Origin: Scyliorhinus canicula
Lineage: Eukaryota
Reading direction: 5' to 3'
Assembly: GCF_902713615.1 (NCBI RefSeq)
Contig: NW_024056036.1
Coordinates: 372,001 to 436,000 of the forward strand
DNA length: 64,000 bases
A program made the translations under genes and the position numbers. Below the pieces are notes generated by a model. That model worked only from the letters and a program-made list of their open reading frames with translations. It was not told the origin of the DNA and ran no database searches. Numbering within the stretch: the stretch's first letter is position 1; each line of letters starts with the position of its first letter. Below, one piece after another: positions 11,637 to 23,225 of this stretch.

Positions 11637-11795
11637 AAAATGAAATGAAAATCACTTATTGTCACAAGTAGGCTTCAGTCAAGTTATTGTGAAAAGCCCC
11701 TCAGCGCCACATTCCGGCACCTGTTCGGGGAGGCTGGTACGGGAATTGAACCGTGCTGCTGGCCTGTCTTGGTCTGCTTTAAAATCCAGCGATTT
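11637..11795 (-). mobile_element. Short tRNA-head SINE (family A)
   Basis: Reverse complement of the plus-strand copy at ~49370-49565, with a (tttca)n tail. Confidence 0.8.
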
Positions 11796-12155
11796 TAAAC
11801 CAGTCTCTGGTCAATGAGACCCGGATTTCTACAGGTCTCAGCCCCAAGTCTGATACAACCAGAGCTCTCAGCTCAGAAACACCCTAGGTTAGAGACAGAG
11901 TAAAACTCATTCATTCCAGGATTCAGCAAAATATCTTCATTGACTTTCCTCCAGATGAGGAGAAATCGGACAATTTCCCATTTCAGACAAACAAACCCAT
12001 CACATTTAGATCTCGGTGTTCCTGCTTCTCTCATTGTCCATCCCTTTAAAATTAATGTCAGCTTTAAGTTGCTGCATGAGACCCACTGGGAACTGATTTG
12101 AGGGTCACACAGGAACATGGACCAACAATCTCCAGTCAAAGAGAGGGGAAAGTGA

Positions 12156-13010
12156 AATTGTTAATCCACTGTACCCCCACCTCCCCAACAGAGAGAGCGG
12201 GAGGGGTATTAGTTATTCCACTGTCTCCCCACCCACCCACCCACCTCCCACACAGAGAGAGGGGGAAGGACATTAGTTAATCCACTGTACCCCCACTTCC
12301 CCAATAGAGGGAGGGGGAGGGGTATTAGTTAATCCACTGTACCCCCACTTCCCCAATAGAGAGAGGGTCTTTAGTTAATTCACTGTACCCCCACTTCCCC
12401 AACATAGAGAGTGGGAGGAGCATTAGTTAATCCACTGTACCCCCAATTCGCCAACAAAGAGAGGAGAGGGGGGCATTAGTTAATCCACTGTACCCCACCT
12501 CACCAACAGAGAGAGTGGGAGGGGCTTTAGTTAATACACTGTACCCCCACTTCACCAACAAAGAGAGGGGCATTAGTTAATCCATTGTCTCCCCACGTCC
12601 CCAACAAAGAGAGGGTTTGGGGCATTACTTAACACACTGTACCCCCACTTCCCCAGCAAAGCGAGGGGAGGAGCATTAGTTAACATACTGTGCCCCCACT
12701 TCCCCAGCAAAGCGAGGGGAGGAGCATTAGTTAACACATTATGCCCCCACTTCCCCAACAAAGAGACGGTGGTGGGCTGAGTTAATCCACTGTACATCCG
12801 CTTCCAACAATGAGGGGGGGGGGGTGTACATTAGTTAATCCACTGTACATCCGCTTCCAACAATGAGGGGGATGTACATTAGTTAATCCACTGGACACCC
12901 GCTTCCAACAATGAGTGGAAGGACATTATTTAATCCACTGCCTCCCCACTTCCCCAACAAAGAGAGCAAAGGGGCAATACTAACCCATTTTTCCTCCACT
13001 TTCCCGACCA
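12156..13010. repeat. Minisatellite, ~16 copies of a ~50-60 bp unit, in the CH4-TM1 intron
   Basis: Unit approximately ATTAGTTAATCCACTGTACCCCCACTTCCCCAACAGAGAGAGGGGAGGGG; a variant subunit (gtacatccgcttccaacaatgag) occurs at 12780-12920. Confidence 0.92.
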
Positions 13011-13499
13011 AAAGAGGAGGAAGGTGATGAGTGAACTCTCTGTATCTCCACCTCCAGCAGGGAGAACCCAAAGGCAATTTGCTGAGCTGACCAGAGAGAG
13101 GGAAATTATTAACTCAATATCTTCCCAGTCCCCAAGCAGGGAGTTTGGAAGTAAACGGTTGTCTGGACTAAGAACTCAGTTACTGACATTACAAGACGCC
13201 ATGTAGTTTACAGGCTGATACATTATAAAGATGTTCTTAAAATATCTATTTATGCAACATAATTTTTTTAGCACCCTTGTTCCTCTTATCCGTATGCTAA
13301 AACCGATTCCCCATAATCCAAATCCAGGCTGGTGATTGAATTCTCTCTGGGTTTTCACTGTTCTCTCCCGAGGAGCCTCCTTGTTTTTTTGCATTAGGTC
13401 ACCTGATGTCAGCTTGCAACTCACGGAAAACACATTTATAAGCAGAAAGTTCAACATATTCTACATCGGTACCAATAATACCCACAACTGGCAAAGCTA

Positions 13500-14830
13500 C
13501 AGGCAGCTGATACAAATACACAGACAGATAAACAGACACAGACACTACACACACATGCACACAGACCCACAAACACACACACGCTCACAAGTAGACACAA
13601 ACACACACATGGACACACACATAGAAACACATGCACAAACATACACCCAGGCACAACGGACCACACATATTTTGACACAAAAACACACGCAAATGTGCAC
13701 AAAAATTCACAAGCATGCACATAAACACAACAAGCACATGTTTAGAAACACACAGACTCACGTGCACATCCACACATACAAACACAATTCCACACACACA
13801 AGTGGGTACACGCATGTACACAGACATATACAACCACATGTCCACACAGATACACAGATATATACAACCAGACAAGCAGGCTGACAGAAGAATATTTAAC
13901 AGAAATGTAACCAATAACATGTAAATTAGCAGAATTTCACGATGACAGAAATATTTCCATTCAAACAGAGACAATAATCCACACTAACGGACACACGTAG
14001 ATACATATTAGCTGACTCGTACACACGCTAACACGAACACATATGAATACACATAGAGTCATCAACACACATCAATAGATAGTTATAATCAAACATCAAC
14101 GCATAAATAGCACCTCTGCCTCACAGCGCCATAATCCCGGGTTCAATTCCAGCCTTGGGTGATTGTCTGTGTGGAGTTCCCACGTTCTGCCGGGTCTGTT
14201 CCTGTTTCCTCCGCGTGCTCTAGTTTCCTCCCACAGTCCAAAGATGTGCAGGTTAGGTGGATTGGCCAGGCTATATTACCCCTTAGTGCCCACAACGTTA
14301 GTTGGGATTACGAGGTTCTGGGGACAGGGCAGGGGCATGCGTCCAGGTAGGGTGCTCTTTCGGAGGGTCGGTGCAGACACAATGGGCCGAATGGCCTCGT
14401 TCGGCACAGTAGGGATTATATGATGATGATTCTATGAAGAAATACACGCATCAACAAACACACACACACACAAACGCACTTATCCAGACACAAACATTAA
14501 GACACTGACATGCATGTTGAACGTACAAAGACACATTAACACTTTCATTACTGGACAGGGAAGTATAAACTTATATTGACATAGGCATTAATATATAAAC
14601 ATAGACTTCAACACACAAACACGCACAATAAAACACTCATATGTACACATTAACAGAAGATAAACAAAGTTCACACAGGCGCTGACACACAAATACACAG
14701 ATCAATACTCCTTGACACATGAACACTCACAATGGCACTTATAAAGACATCGGGACACAAAAGAAGAGTAACGAAACACGTATTTCGCATCCACACAGAC
14801 ACAAAAGATGAAGAACAAACACAAACGTCA
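13500..14830 (+). repeat. Degenerate CA-rich low-complexity tract
   Basis: Continuous ACAC/CACA-rich sequence, interrupted by a SINE at ~14110-14430; it produces spurious H/T-rich and C/V-rich ORFs. Confidence 0.85.
14110..14430 (+). mobile_element. V-SINE (HE1-like)
   Basis: tRNA-like head remnant, core gtctgtgtggagtt...cccacagtccaaagatgtgcaggttaggtggattggcc, CR1-like tail gggccgaatggcctc. Confidence 0.85.
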
Positions 14831-14835
14831 GGCAA

Positions 14836-15020
14836 TGGCGGCACGCTGGCATAGTGGTTAGCACTGCTGCTTCACGCCACCATGGACCTGGGGTTGATCC
14901 CGCTCCTGGGTCTGTGTCCCTGTGGAGTTTCCCCGTGACCCGTGGGTCTCACGCCGACAACCCAAAGATGTGCAGGGTAGGTGGATTGGCCATGTTAAAT
15001 TGCCCCTTAATTGGAAGAAA
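14836..15020 (+). mobile_element. Short V-SINE
   Basis: Head ggcggcacg...gtggttagcactgc, V core, ends aaattgccccttaattggaag. Confidence 0.8.
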
Positions 15021-15188
15021 TAGGTGACAGAGATCGATTTCTGAGTGTCATGAACTCAACAGTAGATATGCAATAATAAATATATAAAAGAATGAATTAG
15101 CAGCGGGAGAAATTTAAACAAGAATATTAAAAATATATCCTAGATTTATAAACAATCTGATTATATTTATCCGGCTCTATCCTCGTAG

Positions 15189-15316
15189 ACACCACAGACC
15201 ACACCTGGACTGAAGACAATGAGGATGATAACGGGAACATCTGGACAACCGCTTCCACATTCATCACCCTGTTCTTCCTGAGCATTTCCTACAGCGCTGC
15301 AGTCACTCTGGTGAAG
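15189..15316 (+). CDS. IGHM: IgM membrane exon TM1
   Basis: Acceptor atcctcgtag| at 15188, donor |gtgaga at 15317; 128 nt. Reads DTTDHTWTEDNEDDNGNIWTTASTFITLFFLSISYSAAVTLVK: acidic spacer plus the conserved antigen-receptor TM motif. Absent from the ORF track. Confidence 0.95.
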
Positions 15317-15454
15317 GTGAGAAGATTCAATCCACTCACACTTCAAACCGACAGAAGCCTTTTAGAAATTATAAATGTTTGATTGATTAAAAACTCTAAC
15401 ATCAATGTCCCAGATCATAAACATCTGCTTCATCATTTTCTCTCTCTTTTACAG

Positions 15455-15463
15455 ATCAAATGA
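15455..15463 (+). CDS. IGHM: IgM membrane exon TM2 (I-K-stop; cytoplasmic tail KIK)
   Basis: A strong polypyrimidine acceptor tttctctctcttttacag| at 15454 is followed by ATC AAA TGA. Confidence 0.9.
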   Translation: MK

Positions 15464-15858
15464 CGGGTTGACGTTCGGACGCTGTAGATTTCCCTCAGCT
15501 GTTTATTATGACCTGTGTGTGACAGAAATACAATATCTCCTCTTGGTGACTCTAACAGTAAAATTCTCTCAGTTTATATTCTGCATCTGTAACTGAGACA
15601 ATCATGGACAGTATTTCTGCTTTTCAGTTTAAAATGGCCGAGATAATTTTGGCTGTATTGTAATTGTAGCTAATAATTTCTCTCAATGTCTTGTCTAAAT
15701 AAGTAACGTATCTCGTACCTTATTTACAACAGTTGCCTTCCCTTTATGTTGAGCTCCTGTTCTCTCTTGTGTCTGTTACAGTTGTACATACATTTGGCAG
15801 CTCAGAGGGCATGTGTTCTGTTCTCACTGTGACCCTCAATCGTTTTTGTTAACTTCAA

Positions 15859-15921
15859 AATAAACTTTTGTGCAATATCGTCTCTGAAATTTTAATAAAT
15901 AGTGAATAAAAAATTAATAAA
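15859..15921 (+). terminator. Membrane-form poly(A) signal cluster
   Basis: AATAAA at 15859, 15894, 15905 and 15916, about 400-460 nt after the TM2 stop. Confidence 0.7.
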
Positions 15922-16144
15922 ATACTTTGCTGAACTTCTTTCTCTCAAGTCCATCGGAAGCGCTCCTTTTCCCCGATTATACAGTTCTCTCCCCTTTCCC
16001 AGACAGATATTTCTCACCAGGCCTGTCTGTAATGTCTGAACTCACGGCCCCTCAGTGAAAGACCCACTGCGCCACCAAGCGGCCCATCCGGGTTAAGACA
16101 TTTCACCTCTGCCGTTTTATGGTAAACTCCAGAGACAGGATTTG

Positions 16145-16322
16145 AAATGAAATATGAAAATCGCTTGTTGTCAGGAGTAGGCTTCAATGAAGTTACTGTG
16201 AAAAGCCCCTGGTCGCCACATTCCGGCGCCTGTTCGGGGAGGCTGTTACGGGAATCGAGTCATGCTGCTGGCCTGGCTTTCTGCGATCAAAGCCAGCGAT
16301 TTAGCCCAGTGTGCTAAACAGC
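16145..16322 (-). mobile_element. SINE family A
   Basis: gaaatgaaa...gttactgtgaaaagcccctggtcgccacattccggcgcc...gctaaacagc. Confidence 0.8.
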
Positions 16323-16452
16323 ATGATTGCGCAGCTGAAGAATTCCACAGATTCACTCCCCTCTGAGAGAAGAAATGTCTCCTCATCTCTATCTTAAATG
16401 GGAGATCCCTTACTCTGACATTCTGCCCTCTGGTCCTAGACTCTCCCACAAG

Positions 16453-16807
16453 GGGCAGCAGGGTAGCATGGTGGTTAGCATAAATGCTTCACAGCTCCAG
16501 GGTCCCAGGTTCGATTCCCGGCTGGGTCACTGTCTGTGTGGAGTCTGCACGTCCTCCCCCTGTGTGCGTGGGTTTCCTCCGGGTGCTCCGGTTTCCTCCC
16601 ACAGTCCAAACATGTGCGGGTTAGGTGGATTGGCCATGCTAAAATTGCCCGTAGTGTCCTACAAAAAGTAAGGTTAAGGGGGGGTTGTTGGGCTACGGGT
16701 ATAGGGTGGATACTTGGGTTTGAGTAGGGTGATCATGGCTCGGCACAACATTGAGGGCCGAAGGGCCTGTTCTGTTCTGTTCTGTGCTGTACTGTTCTAT
16801 GTTCTAT
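16453..16807 (+). mobile_element. Full-length V-SINE (HE1-like)
   Basis: Head, V core and CR1-type tail ending in (ttctg/ttcta)n. Confidence 0.88.
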
Positions 16808-16809
16808 GA

Positions 16810-17330
16810 AACATCCTCTCAGCATCTTCCCTGTCAAGTCCCCTGAGAATCCTTATGTCTTAATAAGGTTACCTCTCATTCGTCTCAACTCCAATGCGTA
16901 CAGGCCCAAACAACTCAACCTCTTCTAATATGAAAATCCCTCCATACCCAGGATCAACCGAGTGAACCTTCTCTGGACAGCTTCAAATGTCCACATATAT
17001 TCCCTGAGGAAAGGGGACCAAGATTATTCACAGTATTCCAGGTGTGGTCTAACTAGTGGCTGTAAAATTTCAGCAGGACTTCCCTATTTTTCTACTCCAT
17101 TCCCTTTGACATAAAGACCAATCTTCCCAATTACCTGCTGAAACTGCATGTTAGTTTTTTGTGATTTATGCACCAGGACCTCTGTGCTGCAACTTTCTGC
17201 AGGCTTTCGACATTTAAATGATATTCAGCTCCTACAGTATATTCCATCTGTCAAGTTTTTACCCAATCATCTAATCTGTCTATATCCATCTGCAGACTTC
17301 ACATCTGTTTTTGTGTCATCCACAAAGTTT
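16810..17330 (-). mobile_element. CR1 LINE relic (outer element of nest; resumes at ~20571-20690)
   Basis: Minus-strand RT sequence ending tgtcatccacaaagtttgcaac. It continues after the Rex element with ccctcgtccaagtcattaatatatat (IYINDLDEG). Confidence 0.75.
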
Positions 17331-17334
17331 GCAA

Positions 17335-20300
17335 CAGGGCATTCACTTTCAACACCATAATCCCAGCCAAACTCATATCAAAGCTCCAAAACCTAGGACT
17401 TGGCTCTCCACTCAGCAACTGGATCCTCGATTTTCTGCCCAACAGACCACAATCAGTAAGAATTAACACCAACACCTCCTCCACAATAGTCCTCAATACC
17501 GGTGTACCGCAAGGCTGCGTACTTAGCCCCCTACTCTACTCCCTGTACACACACGACTGCGTGGCAAAATTTGGTTTCACTCCCCCTTGCTCTTTGCATT
17601 GGCAATTGAGCCCCTAGCCATGGCGTTGAGGGAGTCGAGGAATTGGAGGTTGTCTGGTGCGGGGTGGGGAGGAGCACCGAGTGTCATTATACGCAGATGA
17701 CTGGTTGCTATATGTGGCGGACCCAGTGGGGGGAATGTCGGAGGTGATGATGATCCTTAGGGAATTTGCGGGCTTTTCTGTGTACAAGCTCAACCTGGGT
17801 AAGAGTGAGATGTCCATCGTGCACCCGGGGGATCAGGAGAAGGGGATTGGTAGGCTACCACTGAAAAGGGCAGGGAGTAGCTTTCGGTACCTGGGAGTCC
17901 AGATGACTAGGCGCGGGGGGGTTCTTCACAAACTTAACCTGACTAGGCTGGTGGAGCAAATGGAGGAGGAGTTCAAAAGATGGGACATGTTGCCGCTGTC
18001 GCTGGCGGGCAGGGTGCAGTCCGTCAAGATGACGGTGCTCCCGAGGTTTTTGTTCTTGTTCCAGTGCCTCCCCATCCTTATCCCAAAGGCCTTTTTTAGG
18101 AGGTCAATAGGAGTATTACGGGATTTGTATGGGCGCATGGGACTCCGAGGGTGAGAAGGGTGCTTTTGGAGTGGGGCAGGGATGGGGGGGGGGGAGGGGG
18201 CTGGCGTTGCCCAACCTATGTGGGTACTATTGGTCTGCCATGGTGCGTAAGTGGGTAATGGACGGGGCAGTGGCAGCATGGAAGAGGATGGAGATGGCGT
18301 CCTGTGTGGACACAAGCCTGGAGGCGCTGGTAACGGCGGCGTTGCCGCTCCCTCCAACGAGATATACCACGAGCCCGGTGGTGGTGGCTACCCTCAAAAT
18401 TTGGGGGCAATGGAGACGGCATAGGGGGGAAGTGGGGGCCTCAATGAAGTCCCCGATGTGGGGGAACCACCGGTTTGTTCCAGGGAGCATCGATGGTGGG
18501 TTTCTTGGCTGGCATAGGGTAGGTCTCAGGAGGTTGAGGGACCTGTTTGTGGATGGGAGGTTTGTGAGCCTGGATGAGTTAGAAGGGACGTTTGGGCTCC
18601 CCCGGGGAACATGTTTAGGTACATGCAGGTTAGGGCGTTTGCCAGGCGGCAGGTGGAGGGGTTCCCTCTGCTGCCCCCACATGGGGTACAGGACAGGGTG
18701 CTCTCGGGGGTGTGGGTTGGAGGGAGGAGGATTTCGGACGTGTACCACGTCATGCAGGAGGTGGATGAGGCTTCGGTGGGGGAGCTGAAGGGTAAATGGG
18801 AAGAGGAGCTGGGTGAGGAGATTGAGGAGGGGACGTGGGCGGATGCCCTGGAGAGAGTGAATTCCTCCTCTTCCTGTGTGAGGCTTAGCCTCATACAGTT
18901 CAAGGTGCTGCACAGGGCCCACATGACCGGGACGAGGATGAGTAGGTTTTTCAGGGGCGAAGACAGGTGTGCTAGGTGCTCGGGGAGCCCAGCGAACCAT
19001 GCCCATATGTTCTGGACATGTCCAGCGCTGGGGGAATTTTGGAAGGGGGTAGCAAAGACGGTGTCGAGGGTGGTAGGATCCAGGGTCAAGCCAGGCTGGG
19101 GACTCGCAATGTTTGGGGTTGCAGTGGAGCTGGGAGTGCAGGAGGCGAAAGAGACCGGTGTGCTGGCCTTTGCATCCCTAGTAGCCCGGCAGAGGATTTT
19201 GCTTCAATGGAAGGGTGCGAAGCCCCCAAGCGTGGAGGCCAGGGTCAATGACATGGCCGGGTTCATCAAATTGGAGAAGGTGAAATTTGCCCTGAGGGGA
19301 TCAGTACAGGGGTTCTTTAGGCGGTGGCAGCCTTTCCTGGACTTCCTGGCGGAACGGTAGGGAAATAGGCCGGCAGCAGCAGCAGCCCGAGGGGAGGGGA
19401 GGGGGGAGGGGGGGAGAGTGGGGGGGGAGGGGGGTTTTGTTGCGGGGGAAGGGAGAAATGTGTATATGTGTTTATTGAATATGCCGGGAGCTTATCTATT
19501 TCTTCTATATGTAGTTACTTGGGGGGGGGGGTTTGGTCTTGGGGGTTATTGTGTTATTTATTTTTGCTGTTGTTAATACGGTTTTCTTGCTGTTATTTTA
19601 TGTTTTTGATATGTTTTTGAAAATCTTAATAAAAATTATTTTTTTTAAAACTTGGTTCCAACTCCATCTGCAAGTTTGCTGACGATACGACCATAGTGGG
19701 CCGGATCTCGAATAACGACGAGTCAGAATACAGGAGGGAGATAGAGAACCTAGTGGAGTGGTGTAACAACAACAATCTCTCCCTCAACGCCAGCGAAACT
19801 AAAGAGCCAGTCATTGACTTCAGAAAGCAAAGTATTTAACACCCCTGTCAGCATCAACAGAGCCGAGGTGGAGATGGCAGTTTCAAATTCCTAGGGGTGC
19901 ACATCACCAAAAATCTTTCCTGGTCCACTCACGTCGACGCTATCACCAAGAAAGCGCCTATACTTCCTCAGGAAATTAAGGAAATTCAGCATGTCCACAT
20001 TAACCCTTGCCAACTTTTACAGATGCACTATAGAAAGCATCCTATCGGGCTGCATCACAGTCTGGTATATCAACTGCTCGGCCCAGGACCGCAAGGAACT
20101 TCAGAGAGTCGTGAATACTGCCCAGTCCATCACACAAACCTGCCTCCCATCCATGGACTCCATCTACACCTCCCGCTGCCAGGGGAAAGCGGGCAGCATA
20201 ATCAAGGATCCCTCCCACCCGGCTTACTCACTTTTCCAACTTCTTCCATTGGGCAGGAGATACAGAAATCTGAGAACATGCATTAACAGACTCAAAAACA

Positions 20301-20570
20301 GCTTCTTCCCCACTGTCACCAGGCTCCTAAATGGCTCTCTTATTGACTGACCTCATTAACACTACATCTTGTATGCTTCATCCGATGTCAATGGTTATGT
20401 AGTTACATTGTATATCTTGTGTTGCCCTATTATGTATTTTCTTGGATTTTCTTGAATTTTGTTTAATTCCCTTTTCTTCCCATGTACTGGATGATCTGTT
20501 GAGCTGCTTGCAGAAAAATACTTTTCACTGTACCTCGGTACACGTGACAATAAACAAATCCAATCCAATC
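17335..20570 (+). mobile_element. Rex1/Babar-like LINE 3' part, split by an L1 insertion
   Basis: 17335-17578 reads ...[17 protein letters not shown]...[26 protein letters not shown]. From 19651 it resumes SNSICKFADDTTIVG...FYRCTIESILSGCITVWY...RLKNSFFP. The 3' end is gtgacaataaac(aaatcc)n. Confidence 0.85.
17579..19646 (+). mobile_element. 5'-truncated L1-clade LINE (RT C-terminus to poly(A) signal), frameshifted
   Basis: [10 protein letters not shown]...RVSLYADDWLLY...LSLAGRVQSVKMTVLPRFLFLFQ...CARCSGSPANHAHMFWTC (CCHC). G-rich 3' UTR and AATAAA near 19628. Flanked by an imperfect 13-bp TSD. Confidence 0.92.
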
Positions 20571-20696
20571 ACTTCCCTCGTCCAAGTCATTAATATATAT
20601 GGTGAATAACTGTGGCCCCAGTACGGATCACTGTGGCACTCCACTAGTTCTAGCTACCATTCTGAATATACCCCCTATTCCCAATTTTCTGTCTTT

Positions 20697-21205
20697 TATA
20701 ATAATAACAATAATCTTTATTATTGTCACAAGTAGGCTTACAATAAAACTGCAATTAAGTTACTGTGAAAACTCTGGTAAGTCGCCACATTCTGACGCCT
20801 GTATGGGTACACAGAGGGAGAATTCAGAACGTCCAATTCATCGAACAAGCACGTCTTTCAGGACTTGTGGGAGGAAATGAGCACCCAGAGGAAACCCACA
20901 CAGACATGGTAAAAACATGCAGACAGTGACCCAAGCCAGGTATCGAACCTGGGACCCTGGCGCTGTGAAGCAACAGTGCTACCATGCCGCCGAATAGTTA
21001 GCCAATCTTCTGTCCATGCTAATAATAATAATAATCCTTATTGTCACAAGTTGGCTTCCAATAAATGTTACTGTGAAAAGCCCTAATCGCCACATTCCGG
21101 AGCCTGCTCGGGTACACGAAGGGAAAATTGGGAATGTCCAAATTACCCAACAGTACGTTTTTCGGGACTTGTGGGAGAAAACCAGAACACCCAGAGGAAA
21201 CCCAC
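20697..21205 (-). mobile_element. Two SINE family B copies (V-type body, ...gtgacaataa(att)n tail)
   Basis: aataataa...tattgtcacaagtaggctt...gttactgtgaaaa...cgccacattc occurs twice (~20697-20992 and ~21020-21205). Confidence 0.8.
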
Positions 21206-21794
21206 CTGAGAATCAATCTCCTGGCTATTCATCTACAAGAAGCTTCAGAGACTCATGAGAATTATTTGTGTCTAAAAACGCTTCCCTCCAGCTAAAGTAT
21301 CAGCTAAACAAGAAGCCAACAGGCCTGCAGCGATGTAAAGATTGCAGTCTACATTCCATTTTCATCATTATAGCTTCAACTTGACCTGCAGCTAATTTCT
21401 GTGCGTGTGTCAGTGAGTGAAAGAGCCGAGAGACTGAGATGCTCAAACATCCAGGGAAAGGGTGCGATAATAAATAACCTTCTATCCTTTAAACATCACC
21501 AGTAACTTGCTGCTGAAATGTATTTTAAATAAAGAAATATCACACTGAGGGTCAGAAAATATCACACAAACATCCTGATAATGGAGTGGAAAGGACCACG
21601 CAATGTAATCAACCTTTGGAAAACCCCCTTCAGGTAGCTGTATAGAGGCTGCAGCCTCTCACATTGAATGTATACGTGATACATAGACACCTCCAGGCTA
21701 CAAACATCAGCTTCAGGCTGGGAGTGGGTAAAACCTTTTGAAAACCTGGTCCTCGTTTATTTCCGTCGGGCACTAGGACCCGGCTGGCAACAGA

Positions 21795-21880
21795 AACCTT
21801 CAGGCCCCGCCCACGAGCTGTTGCATCACCAAGACGCCAGCGCATGCGCTCTGCTTCCCCAAGATGGTGGCTGTGAATCA
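21795..21880 (+). promoter_or_regulatory. CpG-type promoter: GC box, NRF1 palindrome, YY1-like site
   Basis: GGCCCCGCCC at ~21803, GCGCATGCGC at 21840-21849, AAGATGGTGGC at 21861. Probably drives the downstream zinc-finger gene (inference). Confidence 0.55.
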
Positions 21881-22251
21881 GGGCCTGATCCCGGGAGAGA
21901 GAGCTGACTGGCGGTGATGTGACCTGAGGAATCACCACACCTCAGGCAAGGGGCCAGGTTGGGAAGGTGGTGCCTTCAGGAATAACTGGGAAGGTGATGT
22001 TTGGTCAGTTGCTGCAGTCTGTGTAGTGAAGGTGCTGTCACAGTGGTGTGAGGTAAGGAAGTACAGGATTATCACCCAGCAATGATGAATTAAGGGGAAT
22101 GTAAATCCAGCTCAGGCTGCTTTCAGATTGGAAAGGGAGCTGAGGTGTGTCCTTAGAGCTGGTGAATGTTGAGGCTTTGGCAGTTTCTCTGTAAAGTCCT
22201 TCTCATTCATTCCCTCTCTTTACAGCACGGATAGAGGCCCTTTGGCCCATT

Positions 22252-22562
22252 CATAATAATCTTTAATATTAGTGTCACAAGGAGGCTTACATTAACACTG
22301 CAATGAAGTTACTGTGAATATCCCCTAGTCGCCACATTCCGGCGCCTGTTCGAGTGTACAGAGGGAGAATTCAGAATGTCCAATTCATCTAACAAGCTCA
22401 TCTTTGGGACTTGTGGGAGGAAACCGGAGCACCCAGAGGAAACCCACCTAGACACGGAGACTGTGCAGACTCCGCACAGACAGTGATCCAATCCTGGAAT
22501 CGAACCCAGGTGCCCAGTGCTGTGATGCAGCAGGGCTATCCACTGTGCTACCGTGCCGCCCA
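22252..22562 (-). mobile_element. SINE family B
   Basis: Complete reverse-complement copy from tail to tRNA-like head (ctgtgctaccgtgccgcc). Confidence 0.85.
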
Positions 22563-22934
22563 TAAGATTATTAGATTACCAGGTCTGGATGAATTGTGAC
22601 CCAGGATGCTGTGGGACGTGAGGGAGAGATTGCAGAAGCTCTGACCCGAAGTTTTAACCACCAATTAGGCCTGTTTTCGCCGAATATTTAGACAATTAAG
22701 GTGTGATCTGATTGAAGTATTTAAGATATTAAAAGGAAAAGACAGGGTAGATAAAGATAAAATATTTCCACTGGTTGGAGATGATAAAACTAGGCATTAT
22801 TGTCTGAAAATTTGTACCAGACCATCCAGTACAGTTTTGTGGAAGTAGTTGAGTCGGAAACGTTAGGGACCTTCAAACGGCTTTTGGATAGGTACGTGGA
22901 TTAGGGTAGAATAATGGAGCGTAGGTTAACTTCT

Positions 22935-23054
22935 TAAGGGCAGCACGGTAGCATTGTGGATAGCATAATTGCTTCACAGCTCCAGGGTCCCAAGTTCGAT
23001 TTTGACTTGGGTCACTGTCTGTGTGGAGTCTGCACATCCTCCCTGTTACTGCGT

Positions 23055-23085
<31 letters not shown>

Positions 23086-23225
23086 ACAGTCCAAAGATGT
23101 GCAGGTTGGGTGGATTGGCCATGGAAAATTGTCCAAATTCTATGATTAACCTAGGACAAAAGTTCGGTGCAACATCGTGCGCCGAAGGGCCTGTTCTGTG
23201 CTGTATTTCTCTATCTATCTCTATC
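22935..23225 (+). mobile_element. V-SINE (HE1-like)
   Basis: gggcagcacggtagcattgtggatagc head, V core, tail gccgaagggcctgttctgtgctgta. Confidence 0.85.

Noticed and set aside
12156-13010. CRISPR-like array (also considered for 36742-36935)
   Set aside because: Eukaryotic context, no unique spacers, no cas genes; these are plain tandem repeats.
13336-13974. His/Thr-rich and Cys/Val-rich ORFs
   Set aside because: Translations of the CA/TG low-complexity tract.
7792-15463. IgW, IgNAR or IgM1gj identity
   Set aside because: Four C exons including CH2, a mu-type CH1, tailpiece and TM match conventional IgM.
17657-19360. Functional LINE ORF2 proteins (also 50036-50437 and 61728-63844)
   Set aside because: All are truncated or broken by stops and frameshifts; no autonomous element is in the window.
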